Below, piece by piece: positions 1 to 8,630 of a stretch of DNA of 9,139 bases; position 1 is the stretch's first letter; each line of letters starts with the position of its first letter. Origin of the DNA: Paraspadella gotoi (lineage: Eukaryota > Animalia > Chaetognatha); NCBI GenBank assembly GCA_051294375.1, contig JBJCIZ010001300.1, positions 1-9,139 of the forward strand, read 5' to 3'. Made by a program: the position numbers and the translations under genes. The notes under the pieces were generated by a model, which did no database searches, was not told the origin of the DNA, and was given only the letters and a program-made list of their open reading frames with translations.

Positions 1-331
1 GTCATTTATTATAAAAGTTACACACTAACCAACCACGACTTCTTCTCATTCTCTTTTTTCACTCTTTCCGTTCTTCACCAAAAAAGCGGAATCGACCGAC
101 CAAGTCTAAAATTCTCGTCGAATTTCTAAGAAATGATTTAATTTATTTTAATTGATTTACCAGTTGGAGAAAACAACTATAAAAATAAACAAGCGTTACC
201 TTCTTAAAAAAATAATTAAAAAAATTAAATAGTCAGACAATAATCAACAGCTTAATTCCGGCCAAAGAGATTAATAAAACAAACAAAGTTAAAATTCCCT
301 CCCTTTCTACAACATCCGTACACTTTCCATG

Positions 332-721
332 TTATTGTTGCACTCTCTCCGCCGTTTCCATAACATGTCTCTCTCTCTCTCTCTCTTCTCTCACTCTCTC
401 TCTCTTCTCTTCTCTCTCTTCTCTCTCTCTTCCCCTTCTCTCTCTCTCTCTCTCTCGGTCTCTTCTCTCTGCTCTAGTTTCCCGGAAAATGGAGTTTCCC
501 CCAATCCGGCTTTGCTTCGGTTCTGGGGGCTTCGGCTTTCGCATTGGGGTCTGTCTCTTTTCTTTTTTAAAACGAAATAATTCAGTGGCTATTTCCTCGT
601 GTGATTTCTTTTTCCGCACTCTTCGTAGATTTCGGAGACCTAGTTTTTTATTCCTTTGTTGTTTTCTTTCTTTTTTCTTTCTTTCTTTTCTCCTCTCATC
701 TCTCTCTCTCTTCCTCCATTC
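332..721 (-). other. Stop-free R/E/K-rich reading frame; possible exon or gene remnant, no family recognised
   Basis: The frame of listed ORF 332..619 stays open up to 721 (TGA at 722-724), giving 129 sense codons. The middle part (SHEEIATELFRFKKEKRQTPMRKPKPPEPKQSRIGGNSIFRE) is non-repetitive. Much of the openness is explained by GA repeats, which cannot encode stops. Confidence 0.15.
368..475. repeat. Imperfect (CT)n microsatellite / polypyrimidine tract
   Basis: Read directly: near-continuous CT dinucleotides with CTT/CCCC interruptions. Source of the poly-LS (+) and poly-ER (-) translations. Confidence 0.95.
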
Positions 722-745
722 TCAATCTCATCTCTCTCTACTCTG
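644..745. repeat. Pyrimidine-rich low-complexity tract ((CTTT)n grading into (CT)n)
   Basis: Read directly: ttttctttcttttttctttctttcttttc followed by short CT runs. Confidence 0.85.
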
Positions 746-1169
746 ACACTTCTCCGTACTGAGGCTGCTAGTCTCTGGGTCTCTCTCAACATCTCCTCAA
801 TTCTCTTGTCTCTTCTTCGTGCTTCAATACTCTTTCGTGCTCGTAAACGTCCTCAGTGCTTCTTCGAAATACTGGAAAGGTGAAAATGTGCGCTCTATCG
901 TCTGAGCATGGGCGTGACATCTCTCTCAGTACTCAAATAACTGGCGATAGGAATTCTCTAGCATGGGGTGGGTCGAAAATTCTGCTCTCGTCTGATAATC
1001 AAAGCCCAGGATACAAAAAATAAACCTTGTCATCGGGAGACTGTAAGAACTGATCCCTCCTCTCCTTTTCTGTAACAACCTCAGGAAGCAAGATCAAAAT
1101 GTTTACGGAGATAGGAGTACTCCGCTGGGTTGTCGTCTGTCCGAGTACAGATGGGTACGGTTCATAACG

Positions 1170-2180
1170 TGGAAATAGAAAATAAGAAAAAAAAGAAAAC
1201 AAAAAAAAGAAAACAAACGGGAGAAAAAATGGCGCAAAAAAATACCAAGAATAAGGCGAAAGTGTATGACGAGTCATACGAATTCCTGAAGGCGAATTAA
1301 ACATCGTAAAGACAAAAAAGTCGTCGTCGATTCATACCACAGGTCGGGAGGAAAAATGGGAGAGAATGGCGGGTCGGTGACGGATAGGCAGTGATAGAAT
1401 TCGATAATAGAAAAGAAAAAATAAAAAATAAAGTAAAAAAAAATTCATAAATCCACAAAACAAAAGCAGTACGTTCGAAGAAATCGAGAAGAAATTTAAA
1501 AAAAAAAAAATCAACAATAAGTGTGAGAAAAAAAAAAAAAACAATGGAGAAGGGAGAAATGCTGGAAAAGAAGAAAAAAGGGAAAATGGGGTAATGGTAA
1601 AAAAGACAAAAGGAAAAGGGAGAAATGCGGAAAAAAAAGAAAAAAAAAAAGAGAAATGGGGATAAAAAAATGGAGAAGGGGAGAAATTGGGGAAAAAGGA
1701 AAAAAGGAAAAATGAGAGAAATTGGAAATGGGGGAGGAAATAAAAGTCACACTTTTTTGGAAAAAAAAAAAGAGAAAAATGAGGCAGAAAATCTGTTATA
1801 GGCCGATTTGCATTCTCCTTCGCGTGACCGCCACTCGCCTATCTGACTATTATCGAAAAAAACCACATCACAAAAATAAACAACAACCCCATAGTCCATT
1901 AGCGGCACAAACATCGTTACACGAGAAATCCAAACGCCGACCAAAACACCATTTTGCACTGAAAAAAAAAATTGAAAAATGAGACTGGAAACAACGGAAA
2001 AAAAAAATTGGAAGAATAAAAAAAAACGGACGCCTCTTCCCGCGGCGCGAAAAACACGGGTAAAAAAAAAAAGCGAAAAAAAAAAAAGTACAAAAGAAGA
2101 GCAGAATAAAGGAGAAAGTGCGGGGTGGGTGGAAAAAAAAGGGATGATTAGTACGAAGAGGAAGAGGGCGAGGGATAAAT
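1170..2180. repeat. Extended purine-rich (poly-A / A-G) low-complexity block
   Basis: Many long A runs interspersed with G. It explains the F-rich minus-strand ORFs and K-rich plus-strand ORFs listed here. Confidence 0.85.
1543..1735. repeat. Degenerate minisatellite with GAGAAAT core, period about 30-35 bp
   Basis: GAGAAAT at 1554, 1620, 1651, 1681 and 1716. AATGGAGAAGGG(G)AGAAAT at 1543-1560 and 1669-1687. AAGGGAGAAATGC at 1550 and 1616. Confidence 0.6.
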
Positions 2181-2560
2181 AACGAAAGTCACCACAGAAG
2201 AAACACCTATAGGTAGAACCAAAATAAGAAACAAACAAATATTGGTCTTTTTTTTCTACTGTTTTGTAACGCTTCACCGATGATGTTAAATAACACCATA
2301 TTGTTTCCTTTTGCTAAAGAAGAGGATCAGCAAAGTGGGAAAAGATCTGATAAGCGGCACCTTTGGCTGCCCGAGCTTGCGGCGGCCGTGGGACACTCCA
2401 TCTCGCGTCTCCTCGGCGGTCGGTCGTTCCTCTCTTCACTCTTCTCTCTCTGCTCGCGCCCCACCTCTCAGCCTCTCTCCACCTTTACTCAATGTGTTTT
2501 TTGTCAATTTCGAAAAACAACCTTAAACTTACGTGACCCTCTTCACCCTCTCTATGCTTG

Positions 2561-2575
2561 CCCCCCCCCCCTCCC
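2561..2575 (-). other. Canonical G-quadruplex-forming motif (GGG-A-G11)
   Basis: Plus strand reads C11-T-CCC. On the minus strand this parses as four G3 tracts with 1-nt loops. Motif match only; folding and function are untested. Confidence 0.5.
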
Positions 2576-2642
2576 GAAACTATTTTTCTCCTGCGGGGTC
2601 AGTGCTAAGCTTGGATTTAGGCGTGAAACGCTTCTTAAGACA

Positions 2643-2747
2643 CTCCTCTCTCTCTCACTCTCTTGCGCTCTCTGCGCTCTCTCAGTGCTCTCTCTCTCTC
2701 TCCCTCTCATCTCTCTCTCTCTTCTCTCTTTCTCTCTCTCTCACTCT
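2643..2747. repeat. Imperfect (CT)n microsatellite
   Basis: Read directly. CT runs interrupted by TGCG/CAGTG. Confidence 0.95.
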
Positions 2748-3024
2748 GCCCATTACTGACCCTTTCAACAGCAAAATCTTCCCCAAAAACAGGGAGAACA
2801 GTTTCTCGACGTCCAGTGTTCTCGCGAAATTCGACGCAGCGGTTAAAAGCCGACCGAAGCTTGCGGAGGCCAGTTTCTCTTCTCGGAATAGTGTGAAACT
2901 GGATTAGTCCCAAGTCTGGTTTCTGAGTTGTTGAATCCATCAGCGGTCTGTGGTACCGCCAAATTTCGATCTGGTTATCGGATTTCATGCGAGTCTCTTA
3001 GTATTTCTTTTGAATTCCATGCTT

Positions 3025-3230
3025 AATTTCATTAATTCATTTATAATCCATTGGTATCTACATCTCGTCTTCAGCATGCCCGGATCTCTCACTGTCGATG
3101 CATCCTAATCATTCACTTTTTCCGCATTCCATTCATTCATTTCATTCATTTCATCATTCTTTTTCTCACAAAGTCATTCACTATATTTATAAATTTTTTT
3201 TTATATTCATTCTCATTCCAACTCATTTTT
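3025..3230. repeat. Degenerate (CATT/CATTC/CATTT)n simple repeat
   Basis: cattccattcattcatttcattcatttcatcattc at about 3125-3159, with further TCATT copies on both sides. Confidence 0.7.
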
Positions 3231-3251
3231 TAGTTCTATTTTGTCATTTTA

Positions 3252-3358
3252 CTCTCTCTTTCTCCTCTCTTCTTCGCTTCTTCTCTCTCTTTTTCATCTG
3301 TCTCTTCAACATTATTTCTCATCTCTCTTCTCTTCTCTTTCCTCTCTCTTCTCTCTTC
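3252..3358. repeat. Degenerate (CT/CTT)n polypyrimidine tract
   Basis: Read directly. Confidence 0.85.
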
Positions 3359-4044
3359 GCTAAACATATTCGATACGGAGTTTCATAAATAGAAAAACAC
3401 CTATTTCACCCACTTCAGCCCTTTTAGACATATTTGTCCACTAGTAGCACAAAAAGTGGTATGACTCAACTGACGAGTTTATATTGAGAAAAGCTTCATA
3501 ATTGTGTCTGAAGATGAGATGTCCAAAGTATAAAAATCTCTTTCTCTCTACAATTTTCTTCTTCTCATCTTTGTTGGCCCTACCTAGAGTAAACCATACA
3601 ATAAGAGGAACTAGAAAAAAGCTTTGTCAAGTAGTAAAAGTGAAAGGGAAAGAAAGTAGACTGAAATTTTGGGATGTCAAGACGAATTGTGTGAGTCGAT
3701 TATTGGTTAATATAAATAAAATGATGAATTATATAGAAATCCAACGAGCCCTAGTCTCGGATAACTCGGAGAGATGAGAGAGACGGCTGGACGAGTGGAA
3801 GAAAAATTAAAACAGGACCGACATTTTTCCCTTAGGCGTCGGCGGTCTCTGATCGCAGAGAAGCGAAGAGGGATAACTCTCTAAACAAAGAATCCATGAA
3901 GTAAAAAAAAATATACTGATAAAATATTATCTATCTATGACATTATGGATAGATATAGATGAGATATATTTTGATGCTACAATGTGCGGGAGAAGAGGAG
4001 ATCTGATCTACAATATAAATACATAAAAGTATTCCCCGAGATTT

Positions 4045-4413
4045 CTAGAATATTAAGGTTGACGGAGACTGAGTTTGATCTTTTTCATACCAATATTTGG
4101 AAACATTGTCATTTTGTAAAAGTATTGTCCACTTCAATTTGACTAGAGCGTGGGGAAATGCTCGAGGGCTAACTGAAACAAAAGCACGTCGGAAACGTGA
4201 TAAAGTTGACTCTGTGAGAGTAGAGTCGTGCATATGAAAAGCTTGCAGGACTTGCTTATGTCTTATCTTGTATACAAGAGTGATGAGTGATCTTGGAGTC
4301 TTAAGACCACCATAAGCCTGTCCCAAAGAGTCAGGGGAGGGGTGAAGATAGGTGTGATTTATTATTGAATAGAGATTAATTTTATATTGGTTTGGGGGTG
4401 TTACCAATTTCAT
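4045..4413 (-). CDS. Possible hypothetical protein (122 aa), unsupported by homology
   Basis: The longest ATG-initiated ORF in the window that is not built from simple repeats. No motif or family recognised, and it could be a chance ORF. Confidence 0.15.
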   Translation of the reverse strand: MKLVTPPNQYKINLYSIINHTYLHPSPDSLGQAYGGLKTPRSLITLVYKIRHKQVLQAFHMHDSTLTESTLSRFRRAFVSVSPRAFPHALVKLKWTILLQNDNVSKYWYEKDQTQSPSTLIF

Positions 4414-4821
4414 TTAAAACTGGTTTCCTTTATAATTTCAGTTTCTATTTTCAAAAATTCCTCTTCACCAACGACGTCGCTCAGATTCTGGAAAAAGAAA
4501 AATACTTCGGACCCATTGTTTGGATATAAACAAGATATCTCTTCCGTTTATCAAAATTAAGAGGCAATCACCGATCATTAATGCACCACACATATCTTTA
4601 GGTCGCCAATCAAGTAGGAACCAATAATAAGAGAGAAATCGAAATAAGGAACCGAAGACAGAAAAAATCGGAGATCCAAATGTGAGCACGTCGAAAGACG
4701 CCATCTGGCGATCCGTGCATTCTGTATCCGTGAACACTTGAGTCTATAAACCACCCGAGAGTAATATATTCGACTATTTGGCATCGGATGGAAGTAAACG
4801 CTCTCCTACTTTTCTATCCAG

Positions 4822-4833
4822 TCTCTCTCTCTG

Positions 4834-4883
<50 letters not shown>

Positions 4884-4964
4884 CCTCTCTCTCTCTTCTC
4901 CTCATTCACACTCACAGGATCGGCCTCGTTGCTTTCATTAAAACTTCGACTATTCATGTAGTTG

Positions 4965-5035
<71 letters not shown>
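4822..5035. repeat. Compound (CT)n microsatellite: perfect (CT)20 at 4839-4878, (CT)19 at 4971-5008 and a further TC run at 5011-5035
   Basis: Read directly. These are the longest perfect tracts in the window, separated by a unique spacer of about 65 bp. Confidence 0.97.
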
Positions 5036-5042
<7 letters not shown>

Positions 5043-5739
5043 CATCTTCTGTCTTCGGTGAACTTCTCAATCACCGACGTTTGGTCGGGCTCTTAAAACA
5101 TAGGTTAGAACGGAGAGTGTATAAGAAAGTGTCAATGAAGGGTGAAGGAGGAGAAGAGGTGTGGATGTGACTGCGAGGAGGAGCATAGGCGAATAAAAAT
5201 TTCTCATTTACTCGCAGAGTGCATTGGTACTGAAGTGAGGAAGTCGACGAAATCACAGAACAGTTGATGATCATTAATCACACGCGAAAATAATCACTTC
5301 GAAACTGAGAAAAGTGAAGTATTGATTAAACTATTAAGAGAAAAGAGTTTCAATCTTCCTCAAAGCTAAATAACTTTTTGAGTTAAAATACGCACTCGAG
5401 CCATTCATCACCCGCTCCCCCCCCTTTGAAAAAAGATTCTGTTTTTTAAATATAAGTAAAATCAAACTGTTTGTGTTTTTTATATTAGCTTCCTAACTTT
5501 ATAAAAATCGTAGACGATCCGAATTTTAAACAAAAAAAAGTTTCATTAGAATATAATTCGCGAACAAACATGTCTTTTGTAAATTTTAGTGTCAATACTA
5601 TAAAATGCGTAATTTGGGCCAAATACTAAAAATTCGGTAGTTTTGAAGAATCTCCATTTTTTTGGTTCCTCATAGGATGCGATGGGGCGGATCCCGAGTC
5701 TTTAACAAATCATCAAATTGTAGTCGTGCGAAAAATGTA

Positions 5740-5900
5740 CAAACAACGACGCAACAAAAATGGAATTTCAAAATGGCGGAAATGGAGAAAAAAAGGGCAG
5801 AACAAAAGCGGAAACTGAGAGAAAATATGAAAATAAAGAAAAACATGAAAATGAAGAAAGAAATAAAAAAAAAAATTATGAAAAAAGATAAGAAAGAAAT
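5740..5900. repeat. A-rich low-complexity block (GAAAAT-like units)
   Basis: gaaaatat-gaaaataaa-gaaaaacat-gaaaat at 5821-5852 plus long A runs. Explains the K-rich ORF 5662..5940. Confidence 0.7.
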
Positions 5901-6331
5901 CTATAGGACTTTTTACAATTTGAAAAAGTTTTTGAAATAGACGTATGAATCGATCGTCGCTCTAAAAGAAACAAAAACAAAAATGTTAAATAGAAAAAGA
6001 ATTAAAACAAAGTACAAAAATGACTGTATAATATGACATTTATCCTCTTTAGTTAGTCAATTCAAATTTTTTTTCGTTAATTCATAACATTAATAAATAA
6101 TAATAAAAATTATACCCAAGCGTCTCTCGTTCAGTTTATTAGAGACGTACAGGTCAGTCATTAGTTTCTTCGTCCAATAATTTGCCATGCGAAAGAAGAA
6201 AAAAAAAATCCAAATGGTTATGCGACCCAAAAAATTTCCCTTCGTTTATGGGCATTTTTGTTTTCAGATTAACATACAACCAACTTTTAGATTGGGAAAT
6301 AAACGGTTTCCACGGTTGGATCAGGGCCTGG

Positions 6332-6382
6332 CTCTCTCTCTCTAGACTCTCTCTCTCTCTCGTTGCTTCTGTCTCGTTCTCT

Positions 6383-6418
<36 letters not shown>

Positions 6419-6439
6419 CTCTCCCTTACGCTCTCTCTC
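6332..6439. repeat. Imperfect (CT)n microsatellite
   Basis: Read directly. Confidence 0.95.
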
Positions 6440-6889
6440 AATCCAATTTGACGGGTGTCTCCGTAATTCAAATAGGATAATCAGAGGTAAGAAGAAGAAG
6501 TCCGACTCAGGATGAAAAATTAATCGCGTGTCCAAAAATAATATTCGGGTGGCCATCGGCTGAAAATTCTGCCGAGGAAACAGAATTTTACTGTTTCGGT
6601 TATATCCTTCTTTTTCTTTTTTCCTGTTTTGAATTCTTTAACCATTTTCTTTCGATAACGTGTAGTGCTATAGCGGAAGTGTTTTCATTATTTTAAGTTT
6701 ATACTTAAAATAACTATTAGTATTAAAAGTCTCAAAATTCGAATTTTATTTCCATTCCATTCATTAACTCACTCTTCGCCCCGCTCACCCTACACAACAC
6801 AGAGAGGAACACAACTTCACAAAACCCGATTCCATTAAAAACGTATCTATCTAACACTTACATCGACAATTCATAGTCTCCCCCCCCCC

Positions 6890-7264
6890 ATGTTCGACCC
6901 TTATCAGCAGTCACGCACCAGCCTCACCGAGTGCGAAAAACCCGAAGCTAATGGTCCACACACTTATACTAAATGGATTTAATTACTCATATATGGGCGT
7001 GACCCGGATTCATTGCAGTCAATAATGCTGAGATCCAAAGAGGGTCGAAAGCGAAAGAATGGGATTATTTTTTTGTTATTTCATGGGATTGACTGGGCCG
7101 ATGAGTTGGCATACGTGAAGAACACCAGAACACAAGTGATCCAGAAGTATAATTTTTTGGAGAGTGAGATGATAGATAAGGAGTTGATTATAATTCAATT
7201 AATGCAAGCAACAAAAGAGGTCTTCTACTACTCTCATCCTGAGCAGACGGGAAGAGACGACTAG
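6890..7264 (+). pseudogene. Possible interrupted coding remnant of unknown identity
   Basis: ATG at 6890 is in frame with listed ORF 7013..7264, separated by one TAA at 6980-6982. The translation is non-repetitive with mixed composition. No confident homology. Confidence 0.15.
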
Positions 7265-7330
7265 TCGGTATGCGAGAGAGACGAGTATGAAGAGAAGACG
7301 AGAGAGACATGTAATATGATGTGACGACGC

Positions 7331-7358
<28 letters not shown>
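7331..7358. repeat. Perfect (GA)14 microsatellite, opposite polarity to most tracts in the window
   Basis: Read directly. Confidence 0.97.
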
Positions 7359-7362
<4 letters not shown>

Positions 7363-7559
7363 TGTATAAACCACTATCATTCGATTTACTCACTTCTTCG
7401 ACTACGATACCACATCTACTGTCATTTGTCACTTTTTCTGATCTCTCTCCTTATTCTGGATACCCAGGCTCTTGTTTTACTTTGACTCTTTGCATTGATT
7501 ATATCTTTGTCGTTTCCGCCGCTTAGTCTCTGCTCTTCTCCTACTTTCTTGTGGCTCCG

Positions 7560-7888
7560 TCTCCTCTCTCTCGGTTCTCCTCTCTCTCTCTTTCTCTTCT
7601 CTCTTTCTTCTCTTTCTTCATTATCTCTCTCTCTTTCACTTTCCCTTTTGCCTTTCGCGTGCTTTTTCTTTTCCTTCTCGGCAAAGCCCAAAAGCGCCAA
7701 AGCTGCGTAGATTCTTTTTTCATATATTTTCGACAATTTTATTATTAGAATTCTCTCTCAAATACATAAACCTACATTATACTATCTCTTCTTTCTTTTC
7801 ACTCTCTCGTCTATCTTGCTCTCTGTCTCGTCTCTCGCTCGTCTCAATCTCTTCGCTCTTCTTTCTCTCTTCTCTCTCTCTCTCTCTT
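7560..7888. repeat. Two degenerate (CT/CTT)n polypyrimidine tracts (about 7560-7680 and 7786-7888)
   Basis: Read directly. Explains the overlapping LS-rich and ER-rich ORFs 7422-7748 and 7816-8028. Confidence 0.85.
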
Positions 7889-8630
7889 TACCCAAACGTC
7901 TCTCTGATCTTGTTAAGTGGACAATAATTCACTCTTTTTATTCAGTCCCCTCTCGCTATATCACATCCAACGCCTCACCTCGTCCTCTCTCTCCCGCCTC
8001 AAGAAACGACTTACCCTCCTTACCCTAATTACCTCATTGTTTTCTTTCCTTTTTCGAACCCAATAAACTTTCCTTTGTCCGTCCCTCGTTCTGGCTTCAT
8101 CTTTCTTCTCCTGTCACAGAATCCAATTTTATGGCTTCTTGATTCTCATCTTTTTATTTCTCTTTCTTTTCATCTTCTTTCTTTATTTTCTTATCCTTTT
8201 CTTATTTTATCTTCTCATTATAAATTATGTTAGCTTTAGCGACTTACTTTCCCGTCTTTACTGTTAATTTTTATCAGCATTTAGTTTTTAATATATAGAT
8301 TTTTATTTCTACCAATTTTTTATTTAAAAAATAATTTATTAGTGTTTTCAGAGATAAAAAGCAAGCTGTAGTATTTTTTTTATCCATAACATGAGCTTTA
8401 AGATTACCAAAACTGAAAGAACCACCGAGATCGATTTACAAATGTACCGCCGCTGCCACTGGTCTTTTTCTTATCATTTTCTTTCCCCATATATTTTAAA
8501 AATCGTTGTCCTTTTGTTCGAGAAACCGCGAGAAGACGTCGTGAGTGGCTTTAAATTTTCCGTGGGACAAGAGTAAACAGGCTAAGATTAATGGGGTACG
8601 TTGGGTTGTAAGAAAAGGAGATGAAATACG

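Noticed and set aside
6121-6147. Inward-facing CGTCTC/GAGACG (BsmBI-like) sites forming a 7-bp inverted repeat
   Set aside because: CGTCTC-like words are common in this CT-rich sequence, only 15 bp separate the sites, and no other vector features are present.
6734-6747. Perfect 14-bp palindrome AAAATTCGAATTTT
   Set aside because: It is isolated and mostly A/T, so it is plausible by chance in AT-rich DNA. No associated feature.
908-7003. 11-mer ATGGGCGTGAC at 908 and 6993 as a possible LTR or target-site repeat
   Set aside because: The similarity does not extend, and several 11-mer matches are expected by chance in 9 kb.
332-7324. A single window-wide alternative genetic code
   Set aside because: Frames at 332-1033 and 3885-4172 need TGA read-through, 6890-7324 needs TAA/TAG read-through, and 2745-3105 needs both. 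These are inconsistent unless all three stops are recoded, which cannot be tested without homologs.
7261-7393. Candidate minus-strand intron (GTGAGT donor at 7393, CT tract, CTAG acceptor at 7261)
   Set aside because: Splicing the open upstream frame gives a stop within nine codons, and there is no independent support.
329-8028. Numerous LS-rich, ER-rich, F-rich and K-rich ORFs (e.g. 329..580, 1511..1750, 1747..2277, 2280..2759, 4778..5170, 5662..5940, 6154..6471, 7422..7736) as genes or membrane proteins
   Set aside because: They overlap each other on both strands, and their length and composition come from CT/GA and A/T repeats that cannot encode stop codons. No domain was recognised.
4436-8351. 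TTTCAG nematode-type splice acceptors (4436-4441, 6262-6267, about 8345-8351) and a candidate exon 6268-6486 ending at AG/GTAAGA
   Set aside because: The hexamer is about as frequent as expected in AT-rich DNA, and the candidate exon has a stop in all three frames.
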